Positions 1 through 13,545 of a stretch of 64,000 nucleotides of DNA are shown here, piece by piece; the first letter of the stretch is position 1, and every line of letters begins with the position of its first letter. The stretch is from Macrostomum lignano. Lineage: Eukaryota. The position numbers and the translations under genes are program-made. A model generated the notes under the pieces. That model worked only from the letters and a program-made list of their open reading frames with translations, was not told where the DNA came from and did no database searches. Location: assembly GCA_002269645.1 (NCBI GenBank), contig NIVC01000709.1, forward strand, positions 186,001 to 250,000, in the 5' to 3' direction.

Positions 1-256
1 TTGACGCAGCAGGCATCCATGTGGCTTCTCGTTAAATTTTGATGTAGCTTAGACAAGAAAGCGTTAATCGGCCTCTATTTAGCAGCTCAGAGTATCGATT
101 ATAAACTTTTTATAAACTGATTGTCTGAGTGTCCAGGGCCAAGTCCGTGCACAGAGCTATAAATTATATTATTAGCAGAGTGGCTTATTTTGGCTGTGCG
201 ACTATTTACCTACAGCTATGCGATGCGGAAAATATGGTTAAATCAACTGAACTTGT

Positions 257-1156
<900 letters not shown>

Positions 1157-1766
1157 TAAACTTGCTTAACTGAAGCATGCGTTCTGTCCAGGAACATGAG
1201 CAAGCTGTAAAACTCAGGAAAATCTACACTTATTCTCTCTCCAGTGTTCTACACTCAACTGGTATCATAAAAATCGATTAACTTTCAGTTGGACATTGTT
1301 AGCTGTTTCCGTCTTTAACCATTGGCCTTCCTAACTTGGCTTGCAGTAAAGGTACCTGAGAAGGTCTTTCCTGTCGATAGCGGTAACTCTGCTGAGAGAG
1401 GCATCTGTGCAGAGTTTGCTGTGGCTGTACTTGCCGCTGTCAAATCTTGGCAAGCTCTATTTTGTGGATAATGGATTCTCTACCACATTTGAGGCTTCAA
1501 AGCACCTGCTCCTATAGTTATATTATCTTAATTATATGAACTCCGCAGCGCAGGTATTGCCGCACCCGTCTGTTCTGTGTGAGCAGTGAGCAGTGAGCTG
1601 GGGTAAGAGAAATTGTAACCCAGGAGAAAACGAAGGACAATAATGAGTATAAAGGTGTAGAGTTTAGGAGGCTGCAGACTTGAAAAAGACATAACTCAAA
1701 CGAATGAACGGTTCATGAGCACCGCATTGCTATTTTCACTGGCAAGCAGAGCAGCTTCATAACAAA

Positions 1767-1973
1767 ATGTCGGCAGTGGCAGCTTCTGCAGTTCGGCTGC
1801 CAAGTTTGAACAGCCAGGCAACCAGCAGGTCGCCTCCGCGGGTCACCGCCGGGTTTCGGTTCCCTCCCGGCGGAGCGACGACTGGGAGGCTCATGACCAC
1901 CGTTGCCATGACCACCGAGGACGGAGGGTGAGGGGCAGGCAGACAGACAGACATTCGGACAGGCAGACAGGCG

Positions 1974-2019
<46 letters not shown>

Positions 2020-2068
2020 TAAATAAACAGACAGACGGACAGACAGACGGACAGACAGACAGACAGAA

Positions 2069-2107
<39 letters not shown>

Positions 2108-2268
2108 TAAATAAACAGACAGACGGACAGACAGACAGACAGAAAGACAGACACTAAGACAGACAGACACTAAGACAGACAGACACTAAGACAGACAGAC
2201 ACTAAGACAGACAGACACTAAGACAGACAGACACTAAGACAGACAGACACTAAGACAGACAGACACTA

Positions 2269-2317
<49 letters not shown>

Positions 2318-2323
2318 GCACTA

Positions 2324-2400
<77 letters not shown>

Positions 2401-2406
2401 GCACTA

Positions 2407-2471
<65 letters not shown>

Positions 2472-3257
2472 CAAAGACACACAGACTGAGGCCAATAGAG
2501 CCCCAAACACACTTGACCCACATTCAGACGTCTCTGATCCTAATGAACATTTTTAGCTCCAGTCTCGATCTGCCAGTCGAACAGGCCCTCAGCAAGATTC
2601 GATACCGGGACTGCGGCAACCCGGGCCCCGGGTCCTACAATCTGGCCGGGCCCGTTGGCTTTTCGCCCGCCTGGTCCATGGGCCGGCGCACCTGGGCTGA
2701 GAGAAGTGAGCAGTTCAGTTAGAGTTCAGTTAGAAGCAAAGCAGACAATAATCTCACCATCTAATGCTGAATCCCAATCAGAAATTGCCGGAGCCAAGCA
2801 GTCTCTGGAGAAGAGCTGGTTCTGCACCTGCGACCCCTGGCGCCAGAAGGTTGACGGCCTCTACCGCGAAGAGCAGTGGCCGGAGCCGGCCACCTACCGG
2901 CTGCGCTCTCTCGGCCAGCCCGATCCGACCCGGCCGAGGGCGAGCGGCTTCCAGTTCAACTCGCGCGCCTCCTACGACCCGGAGCTGCGGCGCCAGCTGG
3001 CCTGCCCGCCGCCAGGAGCCTACGAGGCGACCCCGGCCGGGGTCTGCGACAACTGCCAGCGCTGCTGCCGCATCGGGTGCCGCGGCGAGACGCGGCTGTG
3101 GCCGGCCATCCCGCCGAACCCCGGGCCCGGTCGCTATGACAACGAGAAATCTACGGCCATGGTTACAAAAGTTGGTAGACGGCGATTCACGATGAAAGGG
3201 CCGAAGCAGCGCATGGACTTCGCCAGGGTGCCTCTGGGCCCGTTCTTTTCCTTCTAA
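1767..3257 (+). CDS. Sperm-tail PG-rich repeat (SHIPPO-repeat, STPG/ODF3-like) protein, 3 exons, ~261 aa
   Basis: Exons 1767-1927, 2557-2705, 2782-3257; GT-AG introns, phases 2 and 1 consistent; total 786 nt. Motifs NPGPGSYN, SPAWSMGRR, PEPATY, PPPGAYE and NPGPGRYD match the PGPGxY SHIPPO repeat. Confidence 0.85.
1936..2486. repeat. (GACA)n microsatellite with a 16-bp TAAGACAGACAGACAC sub-array, filling intron 1 of the STPG-like gene
   Basis: Read directly; lies between donor 1928 and acceptor 2556. Confidence 0.97.
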
Positions 3258-3994
3258 GCAGCCAACTTAGCGAGCTTATTTTTTTGCTACTGTCATCGAG
3301 TTTTGTATAGCCAGAGCGTTTATTGAAGTTGTTCACTTGAAAATACTTTGACCCTCTTAATCTCGGAAAGTTCTGCAAAGTTCTATGTACAGTAACTAAT
3401 ATCAGAACCTATGATGCCAGGCAACAAAGCACCAACACTCCTTTGTGCAGAAGCTTATTTTGTTAGAATACTTTGTCCGTAATTTTCTGAAGAAACTACT
3501 TCAAGTAGCCATTATGGAAGACTGCTGGCAAATACAGTGCGTGTTTTCCCCCGAAAAAGATTTGGAAAAGCATCCATTTCTAAAAGCGTCCTATCAACGA
3601 AAAGTGCTCAAATTTTTTGGAGCGTGCATCTGAATGTTACGCGTTCTATTGAATTTCAAAATTTGTTTTTGCAGTCAAAGGTAATTAGCACGCTCGTTAT
3701 ATTTTTCTGCCTTTCAGGGTCGTTTCGCGTTAAATTTGAGTGCACGCGCTGGCGAAGAGCCACAATCACGTGACTGCAGACGCCAGCCAACTTTGTCTAA
3801 ATATCGACTTTTTCAGATTTCTCAATCGCTTAGGGCAACGAGGGGTTGTCTGGAAGTGAGAATTCAAGGGAGTTGGCTATCGCCGCTCGTGTCTATGGCC
3901 ATCGTACCATGACTTTTGTGCCCGCAGGGCACTTATTCTTGCATTTTAATGCCACAGACTACATTTAAGCCCGCTTGCAGGACTTTAATGCTTT

Positions 3995-4108
3995 AAACTT
4001 ACTTTCATGCAAATTAGCGGGCAGTTAATGACATTTAACGCCCGATTGTCCATGTCAAACTTACTTTCATGCAAATTAGCGGGCAGTTAATGATATTTAA
4101 CGCCCGAT
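3995..4108. repeat. Direct duplication with 62-bp period, each copy with an ATGCAAAT octamer
   Basis: AAACTTACTTTCATGCAAATTAGCGGGCAGTTAATGA(C/T)ATTTAACGCCCGATT at 3995 and 4057. Confidence 0.9.
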
Positions 4109-5388
4109 TATTCTGTCCCACTTTGTCAAGGACACAAATGTCTATGGCATTAAAGGACACAATTACCATGTTTTCTCAATTCCAGCTAACTTCATTGGTC
4201 AATTTGTCCATCAGGGTCTAAGTGGGAAGGGAAAGGGGTGTGGGGGCAAAGCCCCCACTTACAACCATAGACTATTTTATTTAACGCTCATAGACTCGTT
4301 CGTTTTCTAAAATGATATTCTCGGTAAATTGCTTATTGTCAATTTCAAACAATGACGGGTCATTGCTTGAATGTCATTGCCTTAAGTAAACTACCATAGA
4401 TATTTTGAACAATGAGCGCCCGTTTCGGCCATAGACAATTCCATAAATCACTTAATTAGAAAGTTTAAGTTTAGTGATTAGTATATTTTGTTAATAAAAA
4501 CTAGCACTGCTTGCATGTAAACTTCCTATAGCTAGTTTAAATTAGACAAGTCGTAGCTTACTCGGGCTATACAGAAGCTCTTCAAAGCTCCTTCGCTGAC
4601 CTAGCAACCATAGCAGATGTAGGCTGCATGGTTCAACTGGACTAAAAGACAGGGAGACGAGCCTGCTTGCTTTTCAATTTCAGCCATAGCCCATATTACA
4701 TCAGTGCCTATGACTCAAACTGTTTTTCGAATTGCATTGCCTGCGCCAAACAGTTTTGTTGCATTTCATTTATCTCCATATACTAAATCGCATCTAAAAA
4801 CGATTGTGTTTTGTTTTAACAAACTCGCTTTGGATCGCTGCTTGTGTCAAAAATAACCGCTTAAATTTATGTTTTCAAATTCCGGAGATCAGTTGAAGAA
4901 GCTGAAGAGAGCTGGCATTGATGACTGTATTGAGAAGATGCCTTCATCAAGCACTCCACAGGGATCCGAAGAAGGCACAAGAACTCCTGTTTCTAAACAG
5001 GCACATCCAAAAAGCGCTGCCCAAATATCAGAAATAAAGAAGAACAATCTGAGTAAGTGTTCAGCTCCCATCCAGCCAGAAGAAGAAAAGAACAAGCGGG
5101 AATAGCTTCAATGAACACATTGCTCACGGCAAAAAATCAGTCCTACTGAAGCTGTTCAATGCAATCCTGAGGCTTGGATATACACCCAGACAGTGGTCAG
5201 TCGGATTGGTGAGTTCCTATCTACAATACAAGGAAGGACCAGGGGCGTCGCCGTGGATTTTATGGTGGGGGGACAAAGCCAAGAATTCAATATGTACATG
5301 TACATGACTAAATTCCTACGTGTACATGTCCATTTTTTGAGAATCGATGTTGTCAGCACTCCCCGAGAAAAAAAACAAACCAAACTTG

Positions 5389-5733
5389 CTAAGTACTTGG
5401 AAAGTCAACCAAGTAGGCTCTACTTTGGATACTTTCCAAGTACTTGGATGTAGACATCGGAAGTGTACTTTGCAAACTTGGAAAGTTGAACCAAGTAGGC
5501 TCTACTTTGGATACTTTCTAAGTACTTGGATGTAGACATCGGAAGTGTACTTTGCAAACTTGGAAAGTCGAACCAAGTAGGCTCTACTTTGGATACTTTC
5601 TAAGTACTTGGATGTAGACATCGGAAGTGTACTTTGCAAACTTGGAAAGTCGAACCAAGTAGGCTCTACTTTGGATACTTTCTAAGTACTTGGATGTAGA
5701 CATCGGAAGTGTACTTTGCAAACTTGGAAAGTC
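5389..5733. repeat. 82-bp tandem repeat, ~4 copies, inside the TIR element
   Basis: CCAAGTAGGCTCTACTTTGG recurs at 5409, 5491, 5573 and 5655. Confidence 0.95.
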
Positions 5734-5865
5734 TATTGAAGTTGGGTAAAAACATTGCATACTTTTTAAGTACATGACAATGATACTTTGCAAACTTGGT
5801 AAGTCAACAATGTCATCCAAGTACATGGTTGACTTGGAAAGTTTAGCATGTTTTTTTTCCCGGGC

Positions 5866-5966
5866 TCATTTTGGCGCCGCAGGCACTCATTTGGCGCCGC
5901 AGGCACTCATTTGGCGCCGCAGGCACTCATTTGGCGCCGCAGGCACTCGTTTTGGCGCCGAAGGCG
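5866..5966. repeat. 20-bp tandem repeat CATTTGGCGCCGCAGGCACT, ~4-5 copies, inside the TIR element
   Basis: Read directly. Confidence 0.93.
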
Positions 5967-6995
5967 CTATATTTTTGTGCCCGGAAGAAAAATTTTTGAT
6001 TGCCACAACGGGTCACTAGGTAGGGTGTGGGGGACATGTCCCCCCTGCCCCCCCGGTGGCGACGCGCTTGGAAAGGACTCACTGTCCAGAAATCACAGAC
6101 ACAGAGGCAACAGAAAGGGCCTACCGCACTTCGAATTACATTGCCACTCCATTGTCTCTTGCTAGACAAAAAAGAGCAACAAGATACCTTTTCATCTTGT
6201 CTTCTTTGGCCTAAAAAGTTGCATTAGACAATGGTAAACAATTTTTGTTATGTGGCTAAAGACCTCAATGTTAGCCCAGAAATTACCCAGCTAATAGGAA
6301 GCACTTAGAGGTGAAATTTAAAGTCAAAATATCTGACTCTGTCGAGCTACAAAAAGACCTTGACAATGTGTTTGAATTCAGAGTAGTTAGAGATTTTATA
6401 GTGCTTCACATGATATATTTTGAACAAGGGATAAATTTCAATATTCCCTGTACCTAAAAATCATAAAAATGCATTGTACAGCTAGACTCAAATTGGTTTT
6501 ATAAATTTGTTACACATTTTGTTTACACAGTCAGCTAAGAATGATAAAATATTCAAAATATTTATAAAATCAATGACCCGAGCCATACTATTTTTAGGCA
6601 CAGGACACGTGTAATTGTACGTAGAATAAAAAATTAACACATTCCTCCTTTCTAAACGAATAGCTTTGTGAATATAAATAGAGCTACATAAGAAAGGCAC
6701 AGCATATCAAAAATTAACATTGGGTCTGCCTCCTATCAAAAGCAATAACAATTTTTGTGCTGAAAAAATGAAAAATTCCTACATGTATCTTCGTAGTGTA
6801 TTAAGCTCGAGACAAAATGGAAATCCTAGCAAAATTCATCAAAGACATCCCACAAGCCAGAATGCACCTGCCCTGACGCTTCATCTTGGTGATTGCCGAA
6901 AAAAGTTCGAGCCGACTCTCGATCATTCTGTTTACGGGCGAGATTATTTTTGATAAATATTTTTATTTACTAGATTTTTCTATTTTCGACTCCAG

Positions 6996-7199
6996 CTGGC
7001 AGGCCGCATCATCCGCGCCGAGTCGTACTGCCCAGAGCCGGTGCAGGAGGTGCTGCTGCTGACGCTGCAGGCACCCTACCGGCGGCGACAGGCGCGCACT
7101 CGGCGTTTCGTCGACTGCCTGCTGGCTGACGCCGGCGCCCCGGATTCGGCCGGCGGCGTGGCGTTCGTTCGCGACCTGGCCTTGAAGCGCGCCCTGTGA
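6996..7199 (+). CDS. Orphan terminal coding exon (67 aa, LAGRIIRAESYC...LKRAL*), product unknown
   Basis: Pyrimidine tract + CAG at 6993-6995, GC3-rich codons, TGA 7197-7199, AT-rich 3' region with AATAAA. No Met in frame and no upstream exon assigned. Confidence 0.55.
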   Translation: MAGRIIRAESYCPEPVQEVLLLTLQAPYRRRQARTRRFVDCLLADAGAPDSAGGVAFVRDLALKRAL

Positions 7200-7651
7200 C
7201 GCTAACCTGTGTATTCTGTTGTTGTTGTTGTTTTTCTATTTTGTAATTCTTTCGATGTACTAATTAGTAATTATGAAATCTGCGTCTCTTCGGCTTGCGC
7301 AGTTATTGAATATTAATAATACTATTAATAATAAAAATAAAAATATAATTTCTAGTACTAACAAGTGACGACTACAAACTTCAGATGTCCTTGAACTCTT
7401 TTCTCGCACGAGGTTGCACCGTGATTAAAGCTGTATAATAGGCACGGAATTTCATATAGTTACATAATGCTATTTATAGTTATATAGCTCAAGATAATTA
7501 CTTTTTACTTGCAACACCCGAGTTTTGAGTTACGCAATCAATGGAAAATATTAAAACAGGCTGAAAATTAGTTTCTCAAGCTCTATCAACGTGCTTCTGA
7601 CGTTCAATAAATTCAAATTTGGTTTGCATTGAGGTGTGACGGTGGTGAGAG

Positions 7652-10374
7652 ATGCGACCGAACTGGCTGAACCTGCTGCTGCTGGCGGCCTCCGTCATGG
7701 CCGACAGCAGGCTGCTGCCACCAGCCGAGTCCGTCACCCTGGACGAGTGCTTCAACAAGCCGCGAATCAAACTGTGCGAGTCCTGCATTGGCGTCTACAG
7801 CCAGCAGAGACTGATTGACTTCTGCGCCTCGTTCCCGAGCTCCAACACCTGCGCCAGCGAGGCTGGCAAGATAGCGTACGTTGAAGGGTTGAAGGCCGGG
7901 GTCATCATCAACTGCGGCTTCATCACGGAGCAACCGGCCACTGTGACTGCTTCAGCGACCCCTGAAGCCACTTCCGGATTGAGCACCGCTAAGCCAGTGA
8001 CAACTGAGACTACTACCGACTTGAGCACTACTCCTACTACAAGCAAGCCGGAATCAAGCACCTTTGAAGCTCCTAATACAGTCGAGCCAGAGGTAACAAC
8101 TGTAACCGTACAAACTACTCCAGCTGCAGGGACTATCAAGCCAGAGACTGAAGCAACTCCAGCACCTGAGATCGTCGAGACTGCAACCACTCCAGCACCT
8201 GACACTATAAAGCCTGCATCAACTCCAGCTCCTGCCACTATAGAGGCTGCAACCACTTCGGATCCTGAGACCGTCGAGACTGCAACCACTCCAGCTCCTG
8301 ATACCGTCAAGCCTGCAACCACTCCAGCTCCTGATACCGTCCAGCCTGCAACCACTCCATCTCCTGACACGGTCGAGCCTGCAACCACTCCAGCTCCTGA
8401 TACCGTCAAGCCTGCAACCACTGCATCTCCTGAGACCGTCGAGACTGCAACCACTCCAGCTCCTGAGACCGTTGAGCCTGCAACCTCTCCAGCACCTGCT
8501 ACTATAGAGCCTGCAACCACTTCGGATCCTGATACCGTCAAGCCTGCAACCACTCCAGCACTTGAGACCATCGAGACTGCAACCACTCCAGCACCTGACA
8601 CTATAAAGCCTGCATCAACTCCAGCTCCTGCCACTATAGAGCCTGCAACCACTCCAGCTCCTGATACCGTTGAGCCTGCAATCACTCCAGCTCCTGATAC
8701 CGTCAAGCCTGCAACCACTCCAGCACCTGAGACCGTCAAGCCTGCAACCACTCCGGATCCTGAGACCGTTGAGCCTGCAACCACTCCATCACCTGACACG
8801 GTCGAGCCTGCAACCACTCCAGCTCCTGAGACCGTTGAGCCTGCATCAACTCCAGCTCCTGCCACTATAGAGCCTGCAACCACTTCGGATCCTGAGACCG
8901 TGGAGCCTGCAACCACTCCAGCTCCTGATACCGTCAAGCCTGCAACCACTCCGGATCCTGATACCGTCAAGCCTGCAACCACTCCATCTCCTGACACGGT
9001 CGAGCCTGCAACCACTCCAGCACCTGCTACTATAGAGCCTGCAACCACTCCAGCTCCTGAGACCGTTGAGCCTGCAACCACTCCAGCACCTGCTACTATA
9101 GAGCCTGCAACCACTCCAGCTCCTGAGACCGTTGAGCCTGCAACCACTCCAGCACCTGCTACTATAGAGCCTGCAACCACTCCAGCTCCTGAAACCGTTG
9201 AGCCTGCAACCACTCCAGCACCTGCTACTATAGAGCCTGCTACCACTCCAGCTCCTGAGACCCTTGAGCCTGCAACCACTCCATCACCTGACACGGTCGA
9301 GCCTGCAACCACTCCAGCTCCTGAGACCCTTGAGCCTGCAACCACTCCAGCTCCTGAGACCGTCAAGCCTGCAACCACTGCGGATCCTGAGACCGTTGAG
9401 CCTGCAACCACTGCGGATACTGAAACCGTTGAGCCTGCAACCACTCCAGCTCCTGAGACCGTTGAGCCTGCAACCACTCCAGCACCTGCTACTATAGAGC
9501 CTGCAACCACTCCAGCTCCTGAAACCGTTGAGCCTGCAACCACTCCAGCACCTGACACTATAGAGCCTGCTACCACTCCAGCTCCTGAGACCCTTGAGCC
9601 TGCAACCACTCCATCACCTGACACGGTCGAGCCTGCAACCACTCCAGCTCCTGAGACCCTTGAGCCTGCAACCACTCCAGCTCCTGAGACCGTCAAGCCT
9701 GCAACCACTGCGGATCCTGAGACCGTTGAGCCTGCAACCACTGCGGATACTGAAACCGTTGAGCCTGCAACCACTCTTGCTCCTGAGACCGTCGAGACTG
9801 CAACCTCTCCGGATCCTGAAACCGTTGAGCCTGCAACCACTCTTGCTCCTGAGACCGTCGAGACTGCAACCACTCCGGCTCCCGATACTGTCAAGCCGGA
9901 GAGTACTCTAGCTCCTGACACCAACCAGCCTGCGTCAACTTCATCCGGTGGCACTATAGAGCCTGTAACCACTCCGGCTCCTGACACCATCAAGCCTGAG
10001 ACTACTCTAGCTTCTGACACGAACGAGCCAGAGGTAACCACCACTCCAACTCCCAGCACAGTGTCAGTTACCTCAGCAGTACCCAGTCTCTCGGAGGAGC
10101 CAGCTACAACCAGTTCGTGGACTAAACGGCCACACAACCACCGTCGCTACTATGTCCTGAACCGACGCCGTTCTCGCATATTCCGCCATGGTCATTCACG
10201 GAATCATCATCGCAGACGCTTCTATCGGCGGCATAGAATGAGATTCAGGCGCGGTGGTCGTGGCTTCAGGCGCCGTGGTCGGGCTTCAGGCGCCGTGGTC
10301 GGGGCTTCAGGCGTGCAAGGAGTCGCGGCTTCAGGCGCGGTGGTCGGGGCTTCAGGCGCCGCGGGGGTCGTTAA
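7652..10374 (+). CDS. Secreted mucin-like protein: signal peptide, 6-Cys N-terminal domain, ~55 PATTPAPETVE repeats, Arg/His/aromatic tail
   Basis: MRPNWLNLLLLAASVMA leader; 33-bp coding repeats ~8150-10040 including a 330-bp block duplication. As assembled the ORF runs to 10522; restoring one G at 10281-10283 keeps the RGFRR repeat and ends at TAA 10372-10374 (~907 aa). Confidence 0.88.
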
Positions 10375-12436
10375 TTACAAAGTCAAATATTTTCGTTGGC
10401 TCAGGGACCAGTATCATATGGTAAACTTTACCCTTTTCAGGAGCAGGTTTCAAACCAACAGAAATATTTGTCATACCTTTTGTCAAGCTTTTACTACCGT
10501 TAAATTGGATGTTTTATTTTAAATTACTCGTATCTTAAATTGTTAAATGCTCCAAAAATTCAAGTTGCATATTCCATAAAATTAAAAAAACACCTTGGCG
10601 ACTATCCGTTCAAATGCCGTGATGTAACAAAAAGATGGACAGCGGAGTTGCCCTTCGAAAGCACGAAGAAATTTCTAGACTAATCAGCAACATGCGCTGG
10701 GGGTCGCACGAAGCAGGGGCTTGAAAATTGCTAATTAGCTCTCTGCAAGATTGAACGATTTGGCACATATAGGTGTGCAGGTGTTTGCAGCAATTGCGTA
10801 CGCTAAAGAGAGCTTTTGAGAGTGCACCTGCGATTACCATTTTTAGCTACGGTCCGAGTGGACATGCAGACATTGCTGATGAATTAATTACCATTGAAAA
10901 ATACTATCTTAAGTATCGCTTTTTATTAAATTCCGAGTCGTCCATTATTTTCCGAATAAAATTGCACTCTGTACTTTTTTGCTTCGCTTTCACGGTGTTT
11001 TTCTTATCAAATTTTTACAGGAAAACTGACGCTCGAATGGTCAATTTTATCAAATCTTGTTTGAATTTTTTATATAGAATCACTACTTGGTTTTACTATT
11101 TTTTCCCGGCAAAAATGAAACAATTTGGTTAATTTCTAAGAAACAGGATATTAACTTTTCAAGATTGCGGACTAAAAAACAAAAAACAAGTAATCTATTA
11201 AACCTAAATTCTGTTCCTGTTTTTTTCCGTTTTTTTTATGCATGCATCAATATAATAATAAACACATTAACCTTCAACCATTTCATTCGACATCTTCGTC
11301 TTAACTAAAAGCACAAAATATTATTCACGAAACTATGAATAAAATAAAAATGAATAAAGCAAAATGCACCAGCGCGGCACATAAATACATAACTAAATAA
11401 TAATTGTTGTTTATTTTAATTTTAACTATTATACGATTCATTGTCCTCATTAAGTTTATAGCTACTTTTTCGAGTACGTGTACTTTATGTTCGATCAGTT
11501 ATAATGTGAAATGTGAAATACTTTATCTCATCTGTATTAAGCGGGTGTAAAATACGTCGTATTTTTTCATATATTATTTAGGTTAGCTAATTTCAGTGTA
11601 CAAAATTACGTTTGTTAATTAAAATTAGTTTAAATAAAAAATAACTATGCTGAACTGGATCATTGGGCGTTGTTTATTATAAGCATGAAAGTTTGCCCGA
11701 GAACTTCCTGAAAGCCGTCACGAATGCATGACGACTATAAATGATGGGAGTAGCTGTCCATCAAAAAAGATGTAATAGTGAATTTATGAGAGCTGATAAT
11801 TTTGATTGCATTTTGGCAGGCCAGGGGGAAGTGAGCGGAAAAAGATAAGGAGCGAAGGCGTGCAGTTGCCGCCCACAATGCTCCCGGCCTAGTCGCTAAT
11901 GAACTGTGGCCAGCATGCCGGCTGCGGGATTGCAATTTTTTGGTTAGCAAGGCAAAAAATTCGTTTTCATCTGGCTAAGGGCTCGGGGGGAACCTTCCGC
12001 CCGCGTGTCCCAGATAATGCGTGGAGAAGAGAAGCCCCAGGGTAAGGAGAAGCGAGATACAGCCACTCTGCTGCATTCTCTTTGACTCTGCAGGCCCCCA
12101 GAGTGCTCCGAGATTGAAGTGCTCGAGTCCGGGACAGAGGAGAGAGCGGGGACGATAGGGCGGGGGGTGCCGTGCCGCCCGTAGGATATCAGAGACCCGC
12201 AGGCAAGCACTGAGACAGTAAAAGGGCCGGAATAGGGGATTTCAACAAACTAAATCCCATTCCTTATAGTAGGCAGATTATTTTACTCCTTGATCCGCCT
12301 GTCCGCCCACCTCCCAGCCTTGGCCAGAGCCAATGAAAGCTGGGGATCCCCAGAGGTACAAAAATGCGAGCAGAGCGAAGCCCAGGCAATCGCAGATCCC
12401 GCCAGCTCATCGCCCGAAGCCCTCGAATTCCAGGCC

Positions 12437-12842
12437 ATGTCCTTCCAGACTCCGTCATCGCCCGACCGGCACAAGCGCAGCTCGAGCTTCCGCTCGCCCG
12501 GCGGTCCGCCTCCAGCTGCACCATCGGCTGCGGCTGCTGATGCGCCCGTCTCGACGGCCAAGCGGTTCAGCCTGACCGACGCGCTGACGAAGTCGCAGCC
12601 GACGCAGCCGCCGCTCTCTCCGACCAGTCGACAAAAGCGACGAACTTCGGCAGCTTCGACGGGCGAGTCGTCGGCGCAGGTGTTCGAGAAACGCCTGGAG
12701 GAGTCGCTGCGCGATCTGCGCATCATGCAGGCCCGTATGAATCGCAACTCCGCGGCGACTGCCGCTGGCTCCTGCGGCACCTGCAGCGGCGGCGGCAGCG
12801 GCGGCAGCGGCGGCAGCAGCGGCGGCGGAGGCAGTCGGCCTC
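12437..12842 (+). CDS. Probable 5' coding exon of the synaptotagmin-like gene (Ser/Pro-rich, short predicted helix)
   Basis: GCCATG at 12437 in an open GC3-rich frame; phase-1 donor C|GTAAGA at 12843 matches phase-1 acceptor at 19691; total CDS then 1764 nt. The link across a 6.8-kb intron is inferred. Confidence 0.5.
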
Positions 12843-12902
12843 GTAAGAATTTGCAAGTAGTACCTACCATCTGGGAAGCAGAGCCCATATTGTCACTTCT
12901 CA

Positions 12903-13545
12903 TCAGCTCCATTTTCCTCTCCCCCTTCCTCCCTCAATTCCCTCCCTTCTTCTCCCTCCCTTCCTCTAGTGGAATGGGCGGCGCTTGCCTCCCCGCTGCG
13001 TCTTCGGACTGCCTTGCAGTTAAGTCCCTCCCTTCCTCTCCCTTCCTCTCCCCCTTCCTTTCTTCCTACCTCTCCCTCTCTCTCTCCCTTCCTCTCTCTC
13101 CCTTCCTCTCTCTCCCTTCCTCTCTCTCCCTTCCTCTCCCTCCCTTCCTCTCCCTCCCTTCCTCTCCCCTCCTTGCTCAACCTTTCTCTCCCTTCCTCTC
13201 CCCCCTTCCTCTCTCCCTACCTCTCCCTCTCTCTCTCCCTTCCTCTCCTTCCCTTCCTCTCCCTCCCTTCCACCCTCTCCCTTCCTCTCCCTCCCTTCCT
13301 CTCCCTCCCTTCCTCTCCCTTCCTACCTCTCCCTCCTTGCTCAACCTTTCTCTCCCTTCCTCTCCCCCCTTCCTCTCCCCCTTCCTCTCCCCCCTTCCTC
13401 TCCCCCCTTCCTCTCCCCCTTCCTCTCCCCCCTTCCTCTCTCCCTCCCTTCCTCTCCCTCTCTCTCCCTTCCTCTCCTTCCCTTCCTCTCCCTCTCTTCC
13501 TCTCTCTCCCTTCCTCTCCCTCCTTTCCTCTCCCTCCCTTCATCT
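12903..13545. repeat. Polypyrimidine minisatellite (~12-bp CCCTTCCTCTCC-type units)
   Basis: Read directly. Confidence 0.95.

Larger units (their letters stand above)
5240..6070. mobile_element. Non-autonomous hAT-like TIR element (831 bp)
   Basis: Ends CAGGGGCGTCGCC / GGCGACGCGCTTG (11/13 inverted match); 8-bp TSD GGAAGGAC (5232-5239) vs GAAAGGAC (6071-6078), 7/8 identical; no transposase. Confidence 0.75.
5152..6380 (+). mobile_element. Heavily decayed LINE (CR1/L2/RTE-like) ORF2 remnant interrupted by a TIR element
   Basis: 5152 onward reads LFNAILRLGYTPRQWSVGLV, then after a frameshift VPIYNTRKD; after the insertion (C)PE(N)HR. This resembles the pre-RT motif LFN..G..P..W....PIYKKGD..P.NYRP. 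ELQKDLD at 6344-6364 resembles LQ.DLD. Core RT motifs not seen. Confidence 0.4.

Noticed and set aside
4869-5105. 78-aa ORF
   Set aside because: No recognisable motif or splice context; lies beside decayed LINE sequence.
7795-10137. 780-aa minus-strand ORF
   Set aside because: Antisense shadow of the mucin repeat; no signal peptide, and the plus frame has coherent domains.
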